Position numbers and translations under genes: made by a program. A stretch of 64,000 nt of DNA, from assembly GCA_951406725.2 (NCBI GenBank), contig OX597814.1:206522001-206586000 (forward strand), in the 5' to 3' direction. The notes beneath the pieces are model-generated. The model was given only the letters and a program-made list of their open reading frames with translations. It was not told where the DNA came from and searched no databases. Below, piece by piece: positions 37,217 through 48,140 of this stretch (its first letter is position 1; every line of letters begins with the position of its first letter). The DNA is from Octopus vulgaris. Lineage: Eukaryota.

Positions 37217-37700
37217 GATAAGACAGTAAGGTGTGATTTGAGGGAGATTTGGCTGCTATTTCTACCATGTCTAGCTGCCATGTAGGGGTCTCCCTCATAG
37301 GCTCATACATACATATATACATAGATAAGACAGTAAGGTGTGATTTGGGGGAAATTTGGCTGCTATTTCTACCAGGTCTAGCTGCCATGTAGGGGTCTCC
37401 CTCATAGGCTCATACATACATATATACATAGATAAGACAGTAAGGTGTGATTTGGGGGAAATTTGGCTGCTATTTCTACAAGGTCTAGCTGCCATGTAGG
37501 GGTCTCCCTCATAGGCTCATACATACATATATACATAGATAAGACAGTAAGGTGTGATTTGGGGGAAATTTGGCTGCTATTTCTACCAGGTCTAGCTACC
37601 ATGTAGAGGTCCCCCTCATTGGCTCATATATATATATATACATACATAAGACAGTAAGGTGTGATTTGAGGGAGATTTGGCTGCTGTTTCTACCAGGTCT
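37217..37700. repeat. 107-bp tandem repeat, ~4.5 copies
   Basis: Unit gataagacagtaaggtgtgatttg...ctcataggctcatacatacatatatacata; ORF ends at 37388, 37495 and 37602 confirm the 107-bp period. Confidence 0.95.
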
Positions 37701-37789
37701 GTTAGGCCTTCTCATGTAAACTCAAGCTTTCTCATGCCTTCAACATATGACCAAAGCAGAGAATGTATTCTTTTATTCTTCTGCTTTTT

Positions 37790-37980
37790 CCAGCCATTGG
37801 TCTGTGGCCATGCTGGGGCAATGCCTTGAAGAATTGTAGTTTAATGAATCAACTCCAGTTTTATTTTTGTAAGCATTGTACTTATTCTATCTGTTTCCTT
37901 TGTCAAACCACTAGGTGACAGGGATGTAAACAAACCAACATTCGTTGTCAAGCAGTGGTGGAGGACAATCACAAGCACAG
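37790..37980 (-). mobile_element. SINE family A, degenerate
   Basis: ggccatgctggggca...tacttattctat...gttgtcaagc matches the family A 3' half. Confidence 0.6.
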
Positions 37981-38065
37981 ACACGCACACACACACACAT
38001 ACATGCATACACATATACACACATACATACATACATACATATATATATATGTGTGTATATATATA

Positions 38066-38324
38066 TTGCAGCGTGGAAGGTGTTTGTAAGCCATTTAAGA
38101 AACACGCAAAAACCGTTACATTCACTTCAACATTTAAATTTAATTTGCCAAAATATTTTCGTTGCTTTTAGACCGCGACCTGTTCACTGACAAAAATATC
38201 GTGCTAACAGGTCGCGGTCTCAAAGCGACGAAAATATTTTGACAAATTAAATTTAAATGTTGAAGTGAATCTAACGGTTTTTGTGTGTTTCTTAAATGGC
38301 TTATAAACACCTTCAACGCTGCAA
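38066..38324. repeat. Long palindrome (~119-bp arms, 21-nt loop)
   Basis: ttgcagcgtggaaggtgtttg...gaccgcgacctgtt [loop] aacaggtcgcggtc...aaacaccttcaacgctgcaa. Confidence 0.95.
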
Positions 38325-38396
38325 CTGTTTTCGTTCCAGCACACGATCTCAGATCAAGTCACTTGCTATGCAAGTACATCTCTGTAACTATATATA

Positions 38397-38438
<42 letters not shown>

Positions 38439-38498
38439 TAAAAACAGTAAGATAACAAAAGAAAGAAAGAGACCTCAATATTATGTAAATAGAGGAAA

Positions 38499-38893
38499 TC
38501 TTTATATATAAAAGTGAGGTTGTGTGTCTGTCTCCTACGATTTAGATTCCTAACTACTCCCACATTTTGCGGTGCAGTTTTACCAAAACCGGGTATCTTA
38601 TAGTCGTGATTCATATCGAGACCGTCTGGGTATTAGCGCGCGTCTACGATGAGTCTACGATTTAAAAAAAAAATTACCATCAATTTTTCCCATTTTTAAT
38701 CCATTTTTGACATATATAAGGGAAGTAACTCTCTAAAATTTATTATTAAATCTCAGAACGTAAATAGCTACAGTAACACCCCTCCCCCTTTGTGGTTAGC
38801 CATATTGAGATGGCTATTATACTTTACATCTCTAAAAATGCTTATATAATTATTTCCCTTACAAACCCGAGCAACGCCGGGCGATACTGCTAG
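38499..38893 (+). mobile_element. Complete 395-bp non-autonomous Helitron
   Basis: A|TC...cccgagcaacgccggg hairpin...CTAG|T, with no TSD. Confidence 0.9.
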
Positions 38894-39171
38894 TATATAT
38901 ATAAAAGGCAGGATATGTGTGTGTGTGTACACGAATGTAATTTATGCATGTCAACAAATTAGCACGCATGTCGCTCCAACTTTAGGAGAACATTTGTCAT
39001 GATCCTAGCTGCATTTTCGTCAAATTATTTTCCTCCGAGGCACTTGTGAATAGTGGTAAAAATAAATTTTCGACCATAACTTAACAATTTTCACAGCGGA
39101 GAAATCCACCATTGTTTACAAACATGAGTTAAGTCCCCTTCTAGCGACGGTGTAAAGAGAGGGTAGGAGAA

Positions 39172-39207
<36 letters not shown>

Positions 39208-39369
39208 GGAGATAACAGATTTTTAAAATTTCGCCTTTTTACTGAGTGATTGACAGGCAAAAACAGACAGCTGTTGTTATGTATGTATGTATGTGTGAAT
39301 AGCTTCAGTCACACACACACGAGCATGTATGCGTACAAAACATACGTATGCAATGTGTGTGTGTTGCCC

Positions 39370-39436
<67 letters not shown>

Positions 39437-40113
39437 ATATAAACAATATTTTCTCCGTTTCTCTACAACTAATTTCCAAATTAGCTGAATCCGTTGCTCT
39501 ACTTATAGCGATATATAGCTGGTTGTGCGTGAACATGGGAGAAAGCAGAGGTTACCAGAGCAAAAGACCTAAGTGTTGACTGTAGACACGCTCCTTCGCA
39601 AACGATCAGCTATTATTTTGTTTCAAGACTGTTCATGTTTTCGAAAGGAGAGATCTGACTCTCACATCTCTGCGGGAGAAGGTAGGCCTCTCTATTCCAC
39701 TTACAAAGCTTACGTCTGGATGTTTACAAATTTGCATTTTGTAAACAATGTTTTGAAACTGTCCATATTTTCGACAGGAGAGATCTGGTTCTTTTCAACG
39801 ATAATGTATACCAATTTTGATGTATTTTGTTCAAACTTGATGCCAACATTACTTAGGACTCATTGGATCTTTGAATGCTTTAAGTTCTCCAAAAACGAAA
39901 AAAAAAAAAAAAAAGATGAGGGGAAAAAATTGTTAAACCGTTTCTTTATGGGATTTCCCAATCAAATTGTCTGCAAAATTTCAACCGAAAGTTTACCAAT
40001 TTCAACAGATTTCACTCAAATTTGACGTCGATGTTACTTTGTTTGCTTTGAAATAAAGAGCTTGATTAGCTTAATAATCCTTAGTCCTGAGCAAAGCCAG
40101 GCTATACTGCTAG
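38894..40113 (+). mobile_element. Second non-autonomous Helitron, head-to-tail with the previous one
   Basis: Begins tatatatataaaaggcagg(tg)n and ends cctgagcaaagccagg...CTAG|T at 40110-40113. Confidence 0.7.
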
Positions 40114-41194
40114 TCATTTGTTATAACACAAATTTCGTCTAGTTGGTAATTCCTTTCGACCATATCATTAATGCCAATAACCGTTTCAACAATCCGATGT
40201 TATCTGGCCTCTTAGAATTAAGCAGTAGAGTTTGACGTGGGTGTGTAAAAGTTAAATTATGAACTTGCAAGACATGTCTGAGAGTTCAATGGAAAAGTTT
40301 TGCTGGTTCAGTAAACCTCATGTGCAAAACGCTTAGCAAATCAAACTGTTCAGAATAGAAGAAGAATCAGTGAAGAAGCCAGAAAAGCCACCTACAACAA
40401 AACAAAACCGTTGCATATGGTCAAAGTAAATCTTTTTAAAAAAAAATAACCATCTAATAAGACAGTTCTTTTTTTCTCTCTTCTTCTTTAAAAGCATTTA
40501 ACAACAGAAGGCAGTTTTTCTTCTCTTTTTCCTTTCTTTTTCTGCAATGGCCTTTCTCGGTCACAAGTGGATGACCATCATGTATGTATGTATATCATAA
40601 TTCAGTTTATTTCAAGATTTCTTACCAATGGAGAAAGAACCAGTTTCTAACCTAAATCCAAGGTTCCTTTATTGGAATTTCAACATCAACAACAGGGTAG
40701 TTTTGGTTGTTGTGTCTGTATATATGTATGTATGTGCATATTTGTATGTTTTATTTTATGTATGAATTCTCATGCATATACTTACATATCTAGACATGCT
40801 CATATATATTTAAATGATAAACTTCTGGAAAGTTTTACAGACTTTTACAGTTTCAGTGATGGACTGGATATGTAGTCTTGGAATTAGCTTTCTCCTGTCT
40901 GGTTTTGAGAAACCTTGTATGTATATATGTATGTGTGTATATATGTATGTATGTATGCTTGTATATGTATATATGTACGTACATACTTTTCATAAAGAAT
41001 CTAAGCATGCTGCTTGAAAATAAATGGGAAAAACTTGGTCTGCAATGTTTGCGGTCCTGTATGTTTGTTAAGAACAGGACTCGTTAGTCACTAACAGATC
41101 TGCAAGTGTAAAGTACAAGGTAGCTTCATGCACACAATGTTCCTAAAGATCAGGAATGGTTTTCCTCGGTCACGAGTGGATGGCCATCATCATC

Positions 41195-41234
<40 letters not shown>

Positions 41235-42169
41235 CCATCATCATGTACATATACAATTACGTATGTATGTATGTTATGTATGTGTGTATGTAGGTATGCT
41301 AGTATGTTATGAATTTATATATGTATGTTATGTCTGTATGTAGGCATATATGAATGTATTTATATATGTATGTATGAATGTATGTATGTATGTATGTATG
41401 TATGTATGTGAAATATATGTTACATATGTATGCACATATATATGTTGTGTATGTTATAAATTTATCATTCACACATGGTAAGTGAATAATATTCTTAAGG
41501 TCAACATTTACTCACTTGCAACTAATTTTAGGTTTTATAACTAACTCAGTTTTTAACCAAATTAGATGATGTTTACATTTTTAAATTGATCTTATCCTAA
41601 GCTACATTTTCAGTTATAAAACTTGAAAATTGCTTTGGTAGAAGAAAAGTTTGAGTTAAATATGTGAGGTCAAAAACAGGAGAATAACGCCTGAAATCGA
41701 CTTTGTGACCAAATATTTTTCTTTTTAAGAAATCTATATTTTATTTTAACTTGTATGATAGATTTTGGTGAGAGGAATCTATCCATGTTAGTTATATGCA
41801 AAAATATTCAGTAGATTTAGATTAATAACTGAAATCGACTTTGACTCCAAATATTCTTCTTTCAAAAGAAAACTATATTTAAATTCAACTTTTCTTGACT
41901 ACAGGAATCCTATGATGCTAATTATATATATAAGAAATTTAAATAAAATACTATTGGGGCCAAATGTGCCGAAAACAGTGATAATGCCTAAAAGCAAATT
42001 CAAAACCTAAGCATTTAGATTTTGTGTAAAAATGTTTTCATTTAGCTCATATGATAGAACTCATCAAGACGAGTGTCTTGGTGCTAATCTTTTCAAAAAA
42101 TATTCAAAATGAGAAAAGTTGAATGTGCTCAATGAATGTAAAACTATTTTCAAGTAATATTATTACTTA

Positions 42170-45100
42170 CTAGCAGAGATACCTGGCATTGCTCAAGATT
42201 ATAATGGCATAGTTTGTACATATATATTGCAGTTATGTTGAAACAGGTGATGTGGGAAAGTGAAGCATTGACCATGAAGCATTTGTGGAGTAGATGTTAA
42301 AGCTTTGCACAAATGACAAGAATATATGCACAGATGACAAGAAAGGTCACCGATTTGAACAGAATTATCATTTTTATAAGAATGCGATGGATCATATCTG
42401 AAAGAAGCTCCAGGTGTTGTGAAGAACGAATTTGTATGTGACCTGATTCTGAGAGCTATTCTATTGAACCTCTGTGTAATCTGGTGAGCTAAACGTTTTA
42501 ATGATTCAGCATTAAGTGCTGCAGCTGCATGCCTTTGCTGATCTTCAGAAAGTCTCATCTCCTTTCTGTCTTGAGACTCCATCTGATGTCCAGCAGAATG
42601 CCTTTGTTGATCTTGGGAAAGTCTCATCTCCTTTCTGTCTTGAGACTCCATCTGATGTCCAGCAGAATGCCTTTGCTGATCTTCAGAAAGTCTCATCTCC
42701 TTTCTGTCTTGAGACTCCATCTGATGTCCAGCAGAATGCCTTTGTTGATCTTGGGAAAGTCTCATCTCCTTTCTGTCTTGAGACTCCATCTGATGTCCAG
42801 CAGAATGCCTTTGCTGATCTTCAGAAAGTCTCATCTCCTTTCTGTCTTGAGACTCCATCTGATGTCCAGCAGAATGCCTTCGTGTCTGAAAGTCTTCAGA
42901 TCTCTGATCAGAAAGTCTCATCTCCTTTCTGTCTTGAGACTCCATCTGATGTCCAGCAGAATGCCTTTGTTGATCTTGGGAAAGTCTCCTTTCTGTCTTG
43001 AGACTCCATCTGATCTCCTTTCTGTCTTGAGACTCCATCTGATGTCCAGCAGAATGCCTTTGTTGATCTTCAGAAAGTCTCATCTCCTTTCTGTCTTGAG
43101 ACTCCATCTGATGTCCAGCAGAATGCCTTTGCTGATCTTCAGAAAGTCTCATCTCCTTTCTGTCTTGAGACTCCATCTGATGTCCAGCAGAATGCCTTTG
43201 CTGATCTTCAGAAAGTCTCATCTCCTTTCTGTCTTGAGACTCCATCTGATGTCCAGCAGAATGCCTTTGCTGATCTTCAGAAAGTCTCATCTCCTTTCTG
43301 TCTTGAGACTCCATCTGATGTCCAGCAGAATGCCTTTGCTGATCTTCAGAAAGTCTCATCTCCTTTCTGTCTTGAGACTCCATCTGATGTCCAGCAGAAT
43401 GCCTTTGCTGATCTTCAGAAAGTCTCATCTCCTTTCTGTCTTGAGACTCCATCTGATGTCCAGCAGAATGCCTTCGCTGATCTTCAGAAAGTCTCATCTC
43501 CTTTCTGTCTTGAGACTCCATCTGATGTCCAGCAGAATGCCTTTGTTAATCTTCAGAAAGTCTCATCTCCTTTCTGTCTTGAGACTCCATCTGATGTCCA
43601 GCAGAATGCCTTTGCTGATCTTCAGAAAGTCTCATCTCCTTTCTGTCTTGAGACTCCATCTGATGTCCAGCAGAATGCCTTTGCTGATCTTCAGAAAGTC
43701 TCATCTCCTTTCTGTCTTGAGACTCCATCTGATGTCCAGCAGAATGCCTTTGTTGATCTTCATAAAGTCTCATCTCCTTTCTGTCTTGAGACTCCATCTG
43801 ATGTCCAGCAGAATGCCTTTGCTGATCTTCAGAAAGTCTCATCTCCTTTCTGTCTTGAGACTCCATCTGATGTCCAGCAGAATGCCTTTGTTGATCTTGG
43901 GAAAGTCTCATCTCCTTTCTGTCTTGAGACTCCATCTGATGTCCAGCAGAATGCCTTTGTTGATCTTCAGAAAGTCTCATCTCCTTTCTGTCTTGAGACT
44001 CCATCTGATGTCCAGCAGAATGCCTTTGTTGATCTTCAGAAAGTCTCATCTCCTTTCTGTCTTGAGACTCCATCTGATGTCCAGCAGAATGCCTTTGTTG
44101 ATCTTGGGAAAGTCTCATCTCCTTTCTGTCTTGAGACTCCATCTGATGTCCAGCAGAATGCCTTTGTTGATCTTGGGAAAGTCTCATCTCCTTTCTGTCT
44201 TGAGACTCCATCTGATGTCCAGCAGAATGCCTTTGTTGATCTTCAGAAAGTCTCATCTCCTTTCTGTCTTGAGACTCCATCTGATGTCCAGCAGAATGCC
44301 TTTGTTGATCTTCAGAAAGTCTCATCTCCTTTCTGTCTTGAGACTCCATCTGATGTCCAGCAGAATGCCTTTGTTGATCTTCAGAAAGTCTCATCTCCTT
44401 TCTGTCTTGAGACTCCATCTGATGTCCAGCAGAATGCCTTTGCTGATCTTCAGAAAGTCTCATCTCCTTTCTGTCTTGAGACTCCATCTGATGTCCAGCA
44501 GAATGCCTTTGTTGATCTTGGGAAAGTCTCATCTCCTTTCTGTCTTGAGACTCCATCTGATGTCCAGCAGAATGCCTTTGTTGATCTTCAGAAAGTCTCA
44601 TCTCCTTTCTGTCTTGAGACTCCATCTGATGTCCAGCAGAATGCCTTTGTTGATCTTCAGAAAGTCTCATCTCCTTTCTGTCTTGAGACTCCATCTGATG
44701 TCCAGCAGAATGCCTTTGTTGATCTTCAGAAAGTCTCATCTCCTTTCTGTCTTGAGACTCCATCTGATGTCCAGCAGAATGCCTTTGCTGATCTTCAGAA
44801 AGTCTCATCTCCTTTCTGTCTTGAGACTCCATCTGATGTCCAGCAGAATGCCTTTGTTGATCTTGGGAAAGTCTCATCTCCTTTCTGTCTTGAGACTCCA
44901 TCTGATGTCCAGCAGAATGCCTTTGCTGATCTTCAGAAAGTCTCATCTCCTTTCTGTCTTGAGACTCCATCTGATGTCCAGCAGAATGCCTTTGTTGATC
45001 TTGGGAAAGTCTCATCTCCTTTCTGTCTTGAGACTCCATCTGATGTCCAGCAGAATGCCTTTGCTGATCTTCAGAAAGTCTCATCTCCTTTCTGTCTTGA

Positions 45101-47249
45101 GACTCCATCTGATGTCCAGCAGAATGCCTTTGTTGATCTTGGGAAAGTCTCATCTCCTTTCTGTCTTGAGACTCCATCTGATGTCCAGCAGAATGCCTTT
45201 GTTGATCTTCAGAAAGTCTCATCTCCTTTCTGTCTTGAGACTCCATCTGATGTCCAGCAGAATGCCTTTGCTGATCTTCAGAAAGTCTCATCTCCTTTCT
45301 GTCTTGAGACTCCATCTGATGTCCAGCAGAATGCCTTTGTTGATCTTGGGAAAGTCTCATCTCCTTTCTGTCTTGAGACTCCATCTGATGTCCAGCAGAA
45401 TGCCTTTGTTGATCTTGGGAAAGTCTCATCTCCTTTCTGTCTTGAGACTCCATCTGATGTCCAGCAGAATGCCTTTGTTGATCTTGGGAAAGTCTCATCT
45501 CCTTTCTGTCTTGAGACTCCATCTGATGTCCAGCAGAATGCCTTTGTTGATCTTCAGAAAGTCTCATCTCCTTTCTGTCTTGAGACTCCATCTGATGTCC
45601 AGCAGAATGCCTTTGTTGATCTTCAGAAAGTCTCATCTCCTTTTGTCTTGAGACTCCATCTGATGTCCAGCAGAATGCCTTTGTTAATCTTCAGAAAGTC
45701 TCATCTCCTTTCTGTCTTGAGACTCCATCTGATGTCCAGCAGAATGCCTTTGCTGATCTTCAGAAAGTCTCATCTCCTATCTGTCTTGAGACTCCATCTG
45801 ATGTCCAGCAGAATGCCTTTGTTGATCTTGGGAAAGTCTCATCTCCTTTCTGTCTTGAGACTCCATCTGATGTCCAGCAGAATGCCTTTGTTGATCTTGG
45901 GAAAGTCTCATCTCCTTTCTGTCTTGAGACTCCATCTGATGTCCAGCAGAATGCCTTTGTTGATCTTCAGAAAGTCTCATCTCCTTTCTGTCTTGAGACT
46001 CCATCTGATGTCCAGCAGAATGCCTTTGTTGATCTTCAGAAAGTCTCATCTCCTTTCTGTCTTGAGACTCCATCTGATGTCCAGCAGAATGCCTTTGCTG
46101 ATCTTCAGAAAGTCTCATCTCCTTTCTGTCTTGAGACTCCATCTGATGTCCAGCAGAATGCCTTTGTTGATCTTGGGAAAGTCTCATCTCCTTTCTGTCT
46201 TGAGACTCCATCTGATGTCCAGCAGAATGCCTTTGCTGATCTTCAGAAAGTCTCATCTCCTTTCTGTCTTGAGACTCCATCTGATGTCCAGCAGAATGCC
46301 TTTGTTGATCTTGGGAAAGTCTCATCTCCTTTCTGTCTTGAGACTCCATCTGATGTCCAGCAGAATGCCTTTGCTGATCTTCAGAAAGTCTCATCTCCTT
46401 TCTGTCTTGAGACTCCATCTGATGTCCAGCAGAATGCCTTTGCTGATCTTCAGAAAGTCTCATCTCCTTTCTGTCTTGAGACTCCATCTGATGTCCAGCA
46501 GAATGCCTTTGTTGATCTTGGGAAAGTCTCATCTCCTTTCTGTCTTGAGACTCCATCTGATGTCCAGCAGAATGCCTTTGCTGATCTTCAGAAAGTCTCA
46601 TCTCCTTTCTGTCTTGAGACTCCATCTGATGTCCAGCAGAATGCCTTTGTTGATCTTGGGAAAGTCTCATCTCCTTTCTGTCTTGAGACTCCATCTGATG
46701 TCCAGCAGAATGCCTTTGCTGATCTTCAGAAAGTCTCATCTCCTTTCTGTCTTGAGACTCCATCTGATGTCCAGCAGAATGCCTTTGTTGATCTTGGGAA
46801 AGTCTCATCTCCTTTCTGTCTTGAGACTCCATCTGATGTCCAGCAGAATGCCTTTGTTGATCTTCAGAAAGTCTCATCTCTTTTCTCTCTTGAGGTCCTA
46901 TATGATGTGTTGCAGCATGTGTTTGGTGATCTTTGGAAAGTGTCATGTCCCTTCTTCCCTCTTGAGACTCCATCCGATGTCCAGCAGCATGCCATTGCTG
47001 ATGTTCAGAAAGTCTCATCTTCTGTCTTCAGACTCCATTTGATGCGTCGCAGCATGCGTTTGGTGTTCTTTGGAAAGTGTCATGCCCCTTCTGTATTGAG
47101 ACTACATCTGACATGCTGCAGCATGCCTTTGCTAATCTTGAGAACATCTCATGTTGCTTATCTCTTGAGACACTCGCCTTCAGTTTTCTGCACTCCCCCT
47201 TGCTTTGTAGGTGTTTCTGGAGAGGTTATGTTTTTTTCTTTGGGGGCAT
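42170..47249 (-). mobile_element. Internally deleted Helitron carrying a hugely expanded STPR-like coding repeat
   Basis: ATG at 47249 (MPPKKK, then NLSRNTYKAR in another frame); 23-aa repeats; post-repeat ASFRYDPSHSY...VQIGDLS..C..CKAL typical of Helitron N-termini; 3' end ttgagcaatgccagg...CTAG|T at 42170. No Rep or helicase domain; 5' TC terminus not located. Confidence 0.8.
42527..47170 (-). repeat. 69-bp tandem array, ~63 homogeneous plus ~4 degenerate units, encoding ESQDRKEMRLS(E/Q)DQQRHSAGHQM
   Basis: Direct inspection and ORFs 42199-43521, 43546-45636 and 45777-47018; broken by TAA at ~43546 and ~45684, a 1-bp deletion at ~45642 and TAG at 45777. Confidence 0.97.
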
Positions 47250-47981
47250 ATTTTTTTTTAATATTAGAAACAAAAAATTTTGTACATAGAAAAAAAATAT
47301 ACATTAATCTCTGTTTTTGTAAGCAGTTGTATGTTTATAGTACGTCAATATGTTTTTATGCGGTGTAAATTAACCAAATACGAGCAAATTGTAAATACCC
47401 TGCATCTGCTGCAATAATTCTGAACTGTTAATTGAATGGTAGATGTGTATTTTCATATATCCTGGACATGCCACCTAATTGTTTTTTGTCAAGAGTTTCA
47501 CCTCCAGCCGTTCTCATCACATACGTATTAGGTTGTTTCACATGAAACGTCTCATTTTTAATTACTTATTATTTCAGTCATTTAAAAAATCAATTATGTA
47601 TACGTTGCATCTAATTTTGACTCTTTTTCTTTCCCAACAATATTGGTATACAAAATTTGTACCCACAGACCTTATGAAAATGATAACAACCAAACTATGT
47701 TGAGTGATTTTCTCGTATGATTACAAACTGGGTTACTCTGCCACAGAGGCTCTATGGTAAATGTTTTGTTTGCCGCAAAATGAGTAAGACAAAATACTAT
47801 GTGCTGCTTCAGTTCTTCAGAAAACAGACGCATACACATCAATAGCCATCCGAAAACATCAGAAACATTCAGACATGCCAAAAGAATAACATTTAAAAAT
47901 CTAAATCAAATGAAAGAGGATCAGGGAAAAAATGGCACAGGATATGAAATTCGACTAAATATAAGAAAACCCAACATAAAA

Positions 47982-48140
47982 TCTTCTTCTTCTTCTTCTT
48001 CTTCTTCTTCTTCTTCTTCTTCTTCTTCTTCTTCTTCTTCTTCTTCTTCTTCTTCTTCTTCTTCTTCTTCTTCTTCTTCTTCTTCTTCTTCTTCTTCTTC
48101 TTCTTCTTCTTCTTCTTCTTCTTCTTCTTCTTCTTCTTCT
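47982..48140. repeat. Perfect (TCT)53 microsatellite at the RTE truncation point
   Basis: Direct count over 159 bp. Confidence 0.95.

Noticed and set aside
42527-46880. CRISPR-like array
   Set aside because: No unique spacers; it is a contiguous tandem repeat in eukaryotic DNA with no cas genes.
42529-47042. 1040-aa and 464-aa plus-strand ORFs (LRLHLMSSRMPLLIFRKSHLLSV repeats), superficially LRR-like
   Set aside because: Shadow frames of the 69-bp array. Only the minus frame connects to recognisable Helitron flanking motifs.
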